Assembly (NCBI RefSeq): GCF_009914755.1 | Contig: NC_060944.1 | DNA length: 64,000 nt | Source: the human T2T-CHM13v2.0 reference genome, Homo sapiens | Reading direction: 5' to 3' (one strand) | Shown here: positions 14,140 through 27,120 of the stretch, in pieces | How the letters are laid out: every line of letters starts with the position of its first letter | How positions within the stretch are numbered: position 1 is the first letter of the stretch | Made by a program: the position numbers and the translations under genes | Notes under the pieces: generated by a model | What the model was told of the DNA's origin: nothing | Seen by the model: only the letters and a program-made list of their open reading frames with translations | The model's database searches: none

Positions 14140-14760
14140 AAATGGAAAAAAGATGAAAGATATGGAAGGCATTTCACAGAACAGAACACACAAAGGGAAA
14201 ACTAAACATGAAAAGATGCCAAACCTCATTAGTAACCAGGGAAAATCAAATTACAGCAAGATTCCATTTCACACTCAATTGATTGGCAAAAATTAAGATA
14301 TCAAGAACACCAGGCATGAGGAGAATGGTGTTCAAAGGGAATAGTCATATACCACTTGTTGGGAGTGTAAATTGCTACCAATTCTGTGGGAAAGAGGTTA
14401 ATATGTATTATGTTGTAAAATCGATCATATGTGTATTCAGGGTGACCACTTATACCATTTTGATCGAGACTGTCCTGGTTTTAGCACCAAAAATCTTGCA
14501 TCCTGGAAAACTCCTCAGTTCTAGGCAAACCGAGATGGTTGGTTACCTATACATCTTATATCCTAGGAATCCACTTCTACATATACTTCCTTGAAACACT
14601 CTTGCACAGGCACCAGGAGAGATATAAAAAATGATCATACTACCATTTTTCATAATAGCAGATAATGGAAACAACAGAAATATCAATCTATAAAAGAACA
14701 GATAGATTGTGATATATTAACACAGTGTAGTATTACTTAGCTGTGAAAATGAACTACAAA
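14140..14760 (+). mobile_element. L1ME ORF2-end fragment
   Basis: catgaaaagatgccaaacctcattagtaaccaggg; gggagtgtaaattg. Confidence 0.7.
14438..14549 (-). mobile_element. MER81 (hAT-Blackjack) inside the L1ME
   Basis: Terminal repeats cagggtgacca / tggttaccta; internal ggttttagcac. Confidence 0.75.
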
Positions 14761-15364
14761 AGTTTCCATTCTGCCTCTGAGGAGCTTGAGATGCTAATAT
14801 TAGCCTGTTAAACTTCACAGTAAAATCTGCTGCACCTGGTGATTTGGGCGAGCTCCACACTTGCAACACAGACCCAGGAGTACAATGAAAGTGGCTAGGG
14901 AAAACTGTAGAATAGAGCTGCTATTCAATTGACACAACTCAGTCTCAGAGTGGAGAAATCCATGAATTGAAAATTACCATCTCACATACATACTGCAGTG
15001 GAAACACACACATGCACAAATCTCTATATAAATATATCTCTAACATCAGCAGTCTTCACAGAGACTTGGCCTTGTGAGAATCTAGAGCCTCGGAATTTGC
15101 TTGTGACCATAAGTCAAACTCTTCATTCGTTTTCACAAAAACCTACTCACTATGCTTAGCACGCTTATAAAAGTTGTCCCATAGAAAGAGTTTCTATCCT
15201 GCAATCTGCATCATCACAATAGCTCCCTGAAGCCACAAACACAGTCACATGCTGAAAAGTTATTTCCTTCAGGTCTGCTTTCAACCACATTGTTTTCTTC
15301 AATCACTTACAAAGGTATTTCCTCCTTCCTTTCTTGTTGAAATAAATACACATTCTACAAACTC

Positions 15365-15700
15365 TTTTTTTTTTTTTTTTTCTTTTTAAGACAGGGTGTG
15401 TTGCTCTGTTTCACAGGCTAGAGTGCAGCAGTGCAATCCTGGCTCACTGAAACCTCTGCCTCCCAGGCTCAAGTGATCCTCCCACCTCAGCCTCCCCAGT
15501 AGCTGGAACCACAGGTGCATGCCACCATTCCTGGCTAATTTTTGTTTTTTCTTTTTTTTTTTTGCTGTTGTTGTTTGTTTTGTAGAGATGGGGTTTCGCC
15601 ATGTTGCCCAGGCTGATCTCGAACTCTTGAGCTCAAGCAATCCACCTGCTTCAGCCTCCTAAAGTGCTGGGATTACAGGTGTCAGTCACCAAGCCCAACC
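15365..15700 (-). mobile_element. AluJ
   Basis: Poly(T) plus antisense dimer; TSD-like tacaaa on both sides. Confidence 0.95.
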
Positions 15701-16000
15701 TACAAATTTTTTTCTAAGAGATAATCTTAACAATTTTGGTAACCCTATTACCACACCTGACTGTCCAATCAACCATACATTCATCCATTGACCTAACTTT
15801 GTTCATCTTCCCATTTGTCTGTCACTTTTTCATAAACATATTATTCTGTCTGCAAATTAACTTTTATTTTCTTGAATTCTGGTACATTTTACATATTTCT
15901 TGTCTTTAATCCTCCTCTCTCTCCCTCACCATTCCCAAGTAACCTGACAGCATTATGAAACACTATATTCCTATGTCTTTAAATACATACTATCCTGCTG

Positions 16001-16295
16001 TCTTTTCTTTTCTGTTCTTTTCTTTCTTTTTTCTTTTCTTTTGAGATAGGGTCTTGCTCTGTTGTCTAGCCTGGAGTGCAGTGGTATGATCACAGCCTAT
16101 TTCCCAGGCTCAAGTGATCCTCCCACCTCAGCCTCCAAAGCAGCTGGGATCACAGGCAGTGCCACCATGCTCAGTTAATTTATTTTTTGTAGAGATAGCA
16201 TCTATTTGCCCAGGCTGGTCTCAAACTCCTGGACCCAAGTGATCCTTCTACCTCAGCCTCTTAAAGTGCTGGGATTATAGGCATGGCCCCCAGCC
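16001..16295 (-). mobile_element. AluJ, diverged
   Basis: (TTTC)-type tail and antisense Alu body. Confidence 0.93.
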
Positions 16296-16384
16296 CCTTC
16301 TTGTTTTAAATTCTCTTCCAATCTTATTTGGCTAGGGAATACCTACTTACTCTGTAATCTTTTATTCAGATGTTTTCTTCCCGG

Positions 16385-16888
16385 TAGATTGTTTGCAATC
16401 TAGTTCTTCTTTTTCCTTTATCAATGTCTTTTGCAATGTGACTTTGAACTCCTCTAACCAGGAGGTACAGTCTATTTCCACATCCCTTAAATCTGAGATA
16501 TTCTGTGAATTTCTTTGATGTATATGTTGTAGAAGTGATTGTTCTGAGGCCAGGTCTTAAGCAGCCGTGCATCCTTACACTTATTCTCTTGAATAAGTGA
16601 TCCACATGGCTCAGTTGCCATAAATAAGTCTTGGCTAGCCTGCTGGAGAAGTGAGTTGCCCTAGCCACATCCAGTCAAGCACCAGACATGGGAGTGAAGC
16701 ATCTGAGACTATTCAGCCCCAGCCAACCTGTCAGCAGACTACAGAGCAAACCTAGCTAAGATCAGCCAAGCTTAGTCCAAATCAGTAGAAGTCCCCAACT
16801 CACCCACAGGCTCCTGATCAATAACACATGCTTATTATATTAAGTCACTGAGTTATGGGGCTATTTGTTATACAGCAACAAGTGATAC
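16385..16888 (+). mobile_element. MLT1-family MaLR LTR
   Basis: tttgcaatgtgacttt ... taagtcactgagttatggggctatttgttatacagca. Confidence 0.75.
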
Positions 16889-17129
16889 TCTTTTTACTGA
16901 TCCTGTTCAATAGCTACAACATACTTCTAGTTTAGCCCTTACAATACTACAGTCTTTTGGTCTTTCTCTTCCATAAACATAGAACTCCTTGGGAACAGGA
17001 GCAATTTTTGTTTTGTATCTCAGAATCTAAATAGTGCCTGCTGACTTTTTAATAGATGAGTGTCAGAAAAATGTCAATGATTAATTAGTTAATTAAGGAT
17101 TACACTGTTGCCTAAGCCAAGGGACCCTT

Positions 17130-17400
17130 TTGGAGGCAGACAAACTCGGGTTTGAATCTCAACTGTATTTCCTATGTTACTTCAGATAATTTGGTTAACC
17201 TTGATGAGTCTTGTGTGGTCATCTCTAAATTAAAGACCGGAATAACATACATTCTGCAAGATTGTGGTGATTATATATATATAATCATGTATAAATATCT
17301 CCCACCTGACAGAGGGGATATCCAACATATAAGAATTAAATCATAAAATGCATGTAAAGCATTTAATATAGGACTTGGCTTCTAGTTGCTCAATAAATGA
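17130..17400 (+). mobile_element. MIR
   Basis: gggtttgaatctcaact...gcatgtaaagcattt..tgctcaataaatg. Confidence 0.65.
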
Positions 17401-17504
17401 TAGCTCTATTCATATGATCATGATCATCACCATCATCTTTGTTGTCACTTCTTGTAGCAGAAACTGTAGGTGCTCTATCCTCATCTCATTGGCAGTTATC
17501 ATCA

Positions 17505-17937
17505 TTGTGCAAGTTGACCTGATGGTGGCTTTCAAAAGCAAACATCTGGGACTCTGCCTGAGGACTTCCTCTGGCTGCTGGAGTTTTCTTGGTCTACATG
17601 TATGGCACGTTACAAATACCAGGGAGTCGACACTCCACACCTCCACCTAAGGGAGCAGCCCTTAGTCGAGACATATGGGAGAAGATAGCTAAATACCCTA
17701 ATTTCCATGCCCTTGATTGGGATAAATCCAAGTTATGTTCTATGCTGTATCCCAAAGTTACCTAATGTGATTGTACCCCTCTTGATCACAGAAACAATAA
17801 GGCACCTTTTCTGTCTTCCTTCCTTCCTCTGCTCACATCCACACTACCCTACAAACGTATGCTGGCATCACCTCTGAATAAACACCACTCCATTTTTTTT
17901 GTTTCACTCTGCTTCTGGGGAAATCAACCTAAGGCAC
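17505..17937 (+). mobile_element. LTR16-family ERVL LTR
   Basis: agggagcagcccttag; aataaac...ctgcttctggggaaatcaacctaaggca 3' end. Confidence 0.7.
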
Positions 17938-19589
17938 CATTACTCTTTCTAGTTCATGTTAGTCTTGTTGCTTCAGAATCCCATCATTTCTTAAGGAACT
18001 TTGACTTCCATTTGAAAGGCCTAGCCTTTTAATGATCTCTCCAGCTAATCAAAGAGTTTTATCTAGTCCAGTGGATGACAAGACTAATCACAGAATGGCG
18101 TATGTCATTTTTAGGTCTTCTTTGTTTTCATCCTGACTCATTTCTCTAAGTATATGAGGAAAGGGTTAACTTGTGCACTGGTAGCTCTTTGCTTATGTTG
18201 ATGGGCACCTGGAAACATGGTATTGATTTTGGCCATGTCAGAGGTGAAATGTACTAGCTAGTGATTTATAAGGTGCTGTGAAAAGTCTAAAACCCCACCA
18301 GCATCCTGTACCAGCTTGTCCATGCTGTTTATCAAAATTGTACTGATTGATGGTTTGCACCTGTTTACTTCTTAACAAAGCTTGCTTTTAGCTACCTGAG
18401 CTGTGTGGTACAAAATACCCCTCAGTAAGCTTGAGCCTTGGCCCTCCTGTGAACTTGTAGAGTCTCATGTGACTTTTTAATTATCCAGCACTGTATAATT
18501 GCTGCACTGGGTCTGTTTTCTAACGACAAAAAGCTTTACAGAAGGATCTGGGGTGGAGGAAGGAAGAATTCCTACACCATACAAGTTTAGAACAATTTCA
18601 GACAGTTATGAATATTGGAAAGCAAGCTGCACTTTGCTGAGATCTTAAAATATCGTTCAGTTGAGCTATCATGAAAAACTCTTCTGAGCACAGACTTGAG
18701 GGTTGTCCACCCTCCAACAGTAGCTGTTGGCTTCTTGCAAATTTGGACCTACAAGGTCATTGCATACATTTCTTTTCCTCTCTTCCCTACCCTATGGACA
18801 TTGCACAATGGTTACATAATACAAGATGTGAAACCCTCACTGCACAGAGGATAAGTTTCTCTGGTAACCATTGCTTGAATCCATATATTCTCATCTTTTT
18901 AAAGCACCAATTTGAAATTGGATTTTAATTTTCCCTTCAACATTCCATCTATGAATAACCCAGTATAAAAGTTTTAGTGTTGAAGTTATGCTTGACTAAG
19001 TCACTAGTCCTTAAAAAACTCTTGTTTCTCATCTAGAAGGACACCCTTCCCACAGGCTGCCTCTCAGTGGCTTGAGCAACAATGTTCTTAGAAGTCAGGA
19101 GCCATCCAGGAAGCAGGAGAAGAGCTACAAACACATCTGGAATGCTCAAGTCTCCGAGTGTTACAAGATAACCCACCTAGAATATGAGATTTTGGGCAGA
19201 ATTTTCTTTATTTTCACAATTTGACATCAACACCCTCTAAGTTTCAGAAGCAGGCCACAGACATATTACATCATAAGCAGTTCTTTGAAATAGTAGAATA
19301 AATTACAATCTGACCATTGTGTATTAAAACGCAAATAGACAGCATACCCTGCATATGGAAATTAGAATTATATTTGGAGCTTCATAAGGAGCTTGGGTGG
19401 TCATCTATGCCAAAATATCTTTCAAATTCATCCATCTCCAATGCCACATCCCTAAGCCAAGTCAGCAGTATCTTTTATGTGGGTAAGAGCACCCTGCGTG
19501 GGGGGTAGTACCCATGTGTGGGGGGTAGTAGCGACCCCCACACATACTAATTGGCTATAATAAAGAAGAATGGCCTTTAAAAAATATAA

Positions 19590-20100
19590 ATTCTTTCATT
19601 CACCTGCTAATGACTTTCCAATAACTTCCATCTTTATTAAAATAAAATGAAGACACTTTCCCACATCTAAACAGCTCTCCAGCTTCATCTTCTACATCCT
19701 GCTTCTCCAAAGCCCCTCTCTTAAAGTGATACTGGCCTGGTTTCCAAACCTTGAATATATCCACATGGATCCTGGTTCATGACACATGGACGGTATGATC
19801 TTCAAACCCTACTTGGCTGGATTTTTTTCTATCACTCAGTTCTCAGCTCAAACTCTCTAAGTGTTCTGCTCTGACACTCAAACTAAAGTAGTCCCTCATC
19901 CCTTATCTCGTTAACCTGCTTATCGTGTTCATAAACATTATCAATGGTTGTCAGTTTCCTTTTCATTTATTTACTTACACTTTCCACTAGAATGTCAGCT
20001 TCTGTAAGGCCATAAGCTTGCCCTTTTAGTTTCCAGTGCCTACAACAGTTTGCAGGCCTATAGCAGTCACCCAGAGAATATTGTTGAATCAATACATGCA
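19590..20100 (+). mobile_element. L2 3' region
   Basis: ccactagaatgtcagctt...cagtgcctacaacagt...tgttgaat. Confidence 0.7.
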
Positions 20101-20697
20101 TGTTTCTGTGTTTTTAGTATTGTTTAATTTAAAATACATTTTAAAAGGACAAAACCATAAGGTAATTTATTCCCCTACCTTTATATGATGGCTGTGGATG
20201 AATTAAAGACTCCAGAGGAGTGTGGCTATTTCTATTCTGCAACTTTTCGCTGGTGCTTGTCAGTCTTCTTCATTTTTCCTCAGTGTTCATTTTAGCAAGA
20301 GGTGGAAGCATTTCACCACAGTGTATTTCTGTAACAATATAGTACCAAAATGACTCAGAACCCCACTAACATTATGCTGTGCTTAAAAATAAACATATAG
20401 CCACATTTACTTTACATTCTCCCACATGCAGTGCATTCTTTTTTACTGTTTCTATCATTTTCTCAGGCATGCAGCTACGGATCTGTATATTATTACCAGG
20501 ACACCTCAGGTAGGATTAGACTCCTCTTAGTACCTTGGCTGCTTCTGTACCACAGCATTTTCTCCACTGTGAATAATTATTCTATTACAAATCCATCTCT
20601 CCAATAGATGGTGAACCTTGTGGGGCCAGGAACTGTGCCTTTGGTTCCTGAATCTCTGGGACCTAGCCCACTACCTGGTAATCGTACATTTTCAATA

Positions 20698-21136
20698 CAG
20701 TCAATTCTTGATATTTGCAGTAGTTATGATTTATGAAGTCACCACAAACACTAAATTAGCAAATACCAAAGCACTGTTACTAGGAGAAATAGAGGGTTAG
20801 GTTTCCACAACTCTGTGGCTCCAATATTTTTGTCAAATAATCAATACATAACTTTGTTTTATGTGTGTCACTGTTTATACATATTGTTGATTTATTAAGA
20901 TGGAACTCACAATCAACAGCACTGTAGCTTATGCCTCCACAAAGATTTTCTAACACACGTGTTTTCTCCATAAGGCACGTGACAGCCTATTGTGCTTAGG
21001 AACATGAGACAGCATGTCAGCCCTACACTATGGGGCCATTTCAAACCATGGAAACACCAACATTAAGCACAAAAATGTAAAAGATATGAGAAGGTGAATC
21101 TGTAAATATAAAATCACAAATAATGAGAATCAACTA
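20698..21136 (+). mobile_element. MER82 (TcMar-Tigger)
   Basis: Terminal repeats cagtcaattcttgatatttg / caaataatgagaatcaacta flanked by TA; ctaggagaaatagagggttagg. Confidence 0.8.
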
Positions 21137-21360
21137 TATACATATTGGCTGAATCACAGTTATATGCGGATTATACAAATTCCCAACCTTGTTTATAGTT
21201 CAGCATATCCTTGCCATTTAAATGATTAAATAATAAATATTATAGATAGGGTAGAAAAGGACTACATACAGATTTTATATTCTTCATGAAAGACCCAGGA
21301 AATGAAAGCAAATATTATTTCTTATATTCTCTGCTGTCCTATTAAAAAGACAAATTCCAG

Positions 21361-23050
21361 CAATCTTATCAAAATATTAATAACATTCTTTGCAGAAATA
21401 GAAAAAGGAATCCTAAAATTCATGCAGAAACACAAAAGACTCCGAATAACTAAAGCAATGCTGAGCAGAAAGAATAAAACTGGAGGCATTAAAGTACTTG
21501 ATTTCAGTTTATACTACAAAGCTATAGTAACCAAACCAACATGTTACTAGCATGAAAACAGGCATGCCGATGAATAGAACAGAATAAAGGTCACTGAAAT
21601 AAATCCACGCACTTACAGGCAACTAATTTTGCCAAAGGCTCCAAGAACATACATTGAGGAAAGGACAGTCTGTTTAATAAATGATGCTAGGAAAACCTGA
21701 TATACATATACAGAAGAATGAAATTAAACCCTTCTCTCTCACTATATGCAAAAATCAACTTAAAATTGATTAAAGACTTAAATGTAAAACCTAAACTATG
21801 AAACTACTAGAAGAAAACATTGAGAAAACATTACAAGACATTGGTCTAGGCAAAGATTTTTGGGGTAAGACCTCAAAAGAATAGGCAAAAAAACCAAAAG
21901 TAGACAAATGGGATTACATCAAGCTAAAAAACTTCTGAACAGCAAAGGAAACAATCGACAAAGTTAAGAGACAATCTACAGTATGAGAGAAAATATTTGC
22001 AAACCATCCATCTGACAAGAGGTTAATAACCAGGATATATTAGAAACTCAAACAACTCAATAGCAAATAATAATCCAATTAAAAATGGACAAAAGACCCA
22101 AATAGACATTTCTCAAAAGAAGACATACAAATGTCCAACAGGTGTTTGAAAAAATGCTCAACATCACTAATCATCAGGGAAATGCAAATCAAAACCACAA
22201 TGAGATATTATCACACTCCAGTTAGAATGGCTATTATCAAAAAGAAAAAAAAATAACAAATGCTGGCAAGGATGCAGAGAGAGGGAAATACTTGTATGCT
22301 GTTGGTGGGAATGTAAAGTAATACAGCAATTACGGAAAACAGCATGGAGGTTTCTCAGAAAACTAAAAATAGAACTACCATACAATCCAGCAATCCCACT
22401 GCTGAGTATATATCAACAGAAAGGAAATCAATGTATTGAATAGATATCTCCACATCCATGTTTATTTCAGTGCTATTCATAATGGCCAAGATATGGAATC
22501 AACTTAAGTTTCCATCACTGAAAGAATAGATAAAGAAAATGTGGTATATGTATACAATCAAATACTATTCAGTCACAAAAAGAAATTAATTTCTGTCACT
22601 GGCAGCAATACGGATGGAATTGAAGGTTATTATGTTAAGTGAAACAAGCCAGGCAAAGAAAATGTTCTCACTCACACATGGGAGCTAAAAAAATGTAGAC
22701 CTCACGGAGGTAGATGGTAGAATAATGGTTTCCAGAGACTGGAAAGGAAAGTGGGGAGCAAGAGAAATGAAGAGAAGTTGATTAATGAGTACAAAAATAT
22801 AGTTAGATAGAAGGAATAAGTTCTAATATTTGGGAGTGCCATAGGAAAATTACACTTAACCGTAATTTACTGTATATTTCAAAATAACTAGAAGAGAAGA
22901 ATTGTAATGTTCCCAACACAAAGAAAAGGTAAATGTTTGAGGTGATGGATATCTCAATTACCTTGACTTTATTTTCACATTGTATACATGTATCAAAACA
23001 TCACATGTATCCCCAAAATAGGTACAATTATGACATATCTATAAAAAATG
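21361..23050 (+). mobile_element. 5'-truncated L1MA (about L1MA4): decayed ORF2 end plus 3' UTR
   Basis: ORF 21302..21550 has L1 ORF2 similarity (FFAEIEK..KNKTGGI); L1MA-type 3' UTR; TSD aaattccag/aaatcccag. Confidence 0.9.
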
Positions 23051-23539
23051 AAATCCCAGAGCCCGGGTATTTTCTTCTGCATGATATTAATTATTGCTCC
23101 TCCAATTTTCAGAGAAGTTCAAAGAAAATTTCCCTGAAAATAATTGTAGGTTAATAGTTCGCCTTGTCTATTATAGGTCAACCTAAATTCCTAGAAAATT
23201 TTTCCATTTTTCTCCTTGGATGAGATAAGAAATAACAGCTTTTATTTCATTATATGCACCAGTTATCTGCAGGTACAAAAGGTCCATACTTAGTTCCTTG
23301 TATTTTCTGTAAAAATGCAACTACTCTGTGAGAGGTACAATGGAGAGATCACACTTTACATGGCTATTTTCCAGTGCATTTGAAAAATGTTTAAGACCCC
23401 CTTAGAATATGAATTTATGTTTTAAAGGTGTTGTGAAGATTTTCCAATTAAGTTTACCTCTCAATATTTTAAAATGGTTACCCTTAACATTGATTTACTT
23501 GTACTTCATAGGAAGTAATTTGTTGCTAAAATTATCTTC

Positions 23540-24992
23540 TACTACAAGGCTATAGTAACCAAAACAGCATGGTACTGGTACCAAAACAGATATAGACCAA
23601 TGGAACAGAACAGAACCCTCAGAAATAATACCACACAACTACAACCATCTGATCTTTGACAAACCTTACAAAAACAAGAAATGGGGAAAGGAGTCCCTAT
23701 TTAATAAATGGTGCTGGGAAAACTGGCTAGGCATATGTAGAAAGCTGGAACTAGATCCCTTCCTTACACCTTATACAAAAATTAATTCAAGATGGATTAA
23801 GGACTTAAATGTTAGACCTAAAACCATAAAAACCCTAGAAGAAAACCTAGGCAATACCATTCAGGACATAGGCATGGGCAAGGACTTCATGTCTAAAACA
23901 CCAAAAGCAATGGCAACAAAAGCCAAAATTGACAAATGGGGTCTAATTAAACTAAAGATCTTCTGCACAGCAAAAGAAACTACCATCAGAGTGAACAGGC
24001 AACCTACAGAATCGGAGAAAAATTTTGCAATCTACTCATTTGACAAAGGGCTAATATCCACAATCTACAAAGAACTCAAACAAATTTACAAGAAAAAAAC
24101 AAACAACCCCATCAACAAGTGGGCAAAGGATATGAACAGACACTTCTCAAAAGAAGACATTTATGCAGCCAACAGACACATGAAAAAATGCTCATCATCA
24201 CTGGCCATCAGAGAAATGCAAATCGAAACCACAATGAGATACCTTCTCACACCAGTTAGAATGGCGATCATTAAAAAGTCAGGAAACAACAGGTGCTGGA
24301 GAGGATGTGGAGAAATAGGAACACTTTTACACTGTTGGTGGGACTGTAAACTAGTGCAACCATTGTGGAAGTCAGTGTGGTGATTCCTCAGGGATCTAGA
24401 ACTAGAAATACCATTTGACTCAGCCATCCCATTACTGGGTATATACCCAAAGGATTATAAATCATGCTGCTATAAAGACACATGCACACGTATGTTTATT
24501 GCGGCACTATTCACAATAGCAAAGACTTGGAACCAACTCAAATGTCCAACAATGATAGACAGAATTAAGAAAATGTGGCACATATACACCATGGAATACT
24601 ATGCAGCCATAAAAAAGGATGAGTTCATGTCCTTTGTAGGGACATGGATGAAGCTGGAAACCATCATTCTCAGCAAACTATCACAAGGAGAAAAAACCAA
24701 ACACCATATGTTCTCACTCATAGGTGGGAATTGAACAATGAGAACACTTGGACATAGGAAGGGGAACATCATACACCGGGGCCTGTTGAGGGGTTGGGGG
24801 AGGGGGGAGGGATAGCATTAGGAGATATACCTAATGTAAATGATGAGTTAATGGATGCAGTACACCAACATGGCACATGTATGCATATGTAACAAACCTG
24901 CACATTGTGCAGATGTACCCTAGAACTTAAAGTGTAATAAAAAATATGTACATAAAAATCAAAATCAAAGAAAGAACATGCAGTAGCTGAAA
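23540..24992 (+). mobile_element. 5'-truncated L1PA (about L1PA4) with extended tail
   Basis: ORF2 C-terminal peptides ([16 protein letters not shown]); 3' UTR ending tagaacttaaagtgtaataa; TSD aaaattatcttct 23528-23540 / aaaaatatcttct 24993-25005. Confidence 0.95.
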
Positions 24993-25014
24993 AAAAATAT
25001 CTTCTCAAAAGCAT

Positions 25015-25060
25015 ACCCTAAAACTTAGAGTATAATAAAAAAAAAAAAATTAAAAAAAAA
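25015..25060 (+). mobile_element. Severely 5'-truncated L1HS-type insertion
   Basis: accctaaaacttagagtataat plus poly(A); perfect TSD aaaagcat at 25007-25014 and 25061-25068. Confidence 0.85.
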
Positions 25061-25694
25061 AAAAGCATGCTCTATGTTTTAAACTATTATTGCTAGGATC
25101 ACTAGGACTTAGTAAAAAGCAATGCCTTACACAGGCAACAATAAATTCTAGAAGGACAGTTCTGACAGCTGCTTTTCAATTAGTTCAAAATAGGCTAAAA
25201 TATAAGTAGATGTAATTTCTTTTCTGCATCTTTTGATACCCTATTCAAACAGTTCAGAGTATCAGCAGACAAGTCACCTGTCATGGAATACAGTTTTAAA
25301 ATTGATATAATCATGTGGGTCTACTGCATAATAATAAGATAATTCAATATATTTGACAGAAGTAATACTTTGATCCAGAAAAATAAAACTAAATGCATTT
25401 TGTAAATTTCTGTATTTTGTTAGCATCATTATATTACATTTTCTATATAATTAACCATTTTGAGTTTATTTTCTAAGGATTCGTACTACTTTTAATTTTC
25501 TATTTATGCTGCAAATAGCCAAATTAATCAAGTAAATATTAGATATCATAAAATTACTTTAAGACATTCTCAAATCATCACTAAAACTCTCCTCTCATAT
25601 TTCTTTCTCTTAAAATATGCCATTAAGAAGACTTTACCCATATATCTCTGCTAAAGCCATATTACCATTACTGACTTTTAAAAAGCAATCTGGG

Positions 25695-26040
<346 letters not shown>

Positions 26041-26129
26041 CTATACCATTCTGAACATGTTGATAATGCATATTTTAACAAAAGGTACAGATGTCAATTA
26101 AATTTAGAATTTGCATTTCCAACCTTCAA

Positions 26130-26300
26130 GAGGAAGGAGTTGGCTTCGTATCCACAGACTGGCTCCACCTTTTACTAGCTGCACGATTTGAGGCAATTTA
26201 TTATTCCCTGAGATTATTTACTCATCTGAAAGATGGAGATGAATACCATTTTCTATAAAATGGCCTATGCAGAGTACCTGGCCAATAATGAATAGTAAAA
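26130..26300 (+). mobile_element. MIR
   Basis: ggctccaccttttactagctg..ctcatctgaaagatggagat. Confidence 0.6.
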
Positions 26301-26494
26301 AAATTAGCGTGCATTTTTTACCAAGTACAAAACCATTCCAAGCAGCATTTTAGTCACCGAATTTAGCTCTTCAAGCCAAAAATCAGTGACCTGATATCTG
26401 CGAATAATTTGATAAAGAAACAAACAAGCAAACAAACAATCCTAAATGTCCTAGCTAAGCATAACTAAGTTTTCACATAAGTTTATGCCATTTC

Positions 26495-26834
<340 letters not shown>

Positions 26835-26940
26835 TAGATTCTCTGGACATTTTACTCCTATATTGGGGATGTTGGAAATCAGATGCTCATTCATGATATG
26901 CATTCAAAACATATAACAACTGCATTACAAATGGCACCTG

Positions 26941-27014
26941 ACTCTGAGATATGAGTATACTATTAGGCACATTGGTAAGTGACCAATATCAATAATATAT
27001 TCATATCTCAGAGT
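26941..27014. repeat. Imperfect inverted repeat (74-nt hairpin)
   Basis: actctgagatatga / tcatatctcagagt is a perfect 14-bp stem, with further inner pairing. Confidence 0.9.
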
Positions 27015-27030
27015 TAATGAGCCTTCTTCT

Positions 27031-27120
27031 GTTTTATATACCATAGAATTTTAGAGTTTAAAAACTCTAAAATTTAAACTTTAAACATTTTAAACTCTAA
27101 AATTCTATGGTATATAAAAC
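27031..27120. repeat. Perfect 33-bp inverted repeat with 24-nt spacer
   Basis: 27031-27063 is the exact reverse complement of 27088-27120. Confidence 0.95.
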
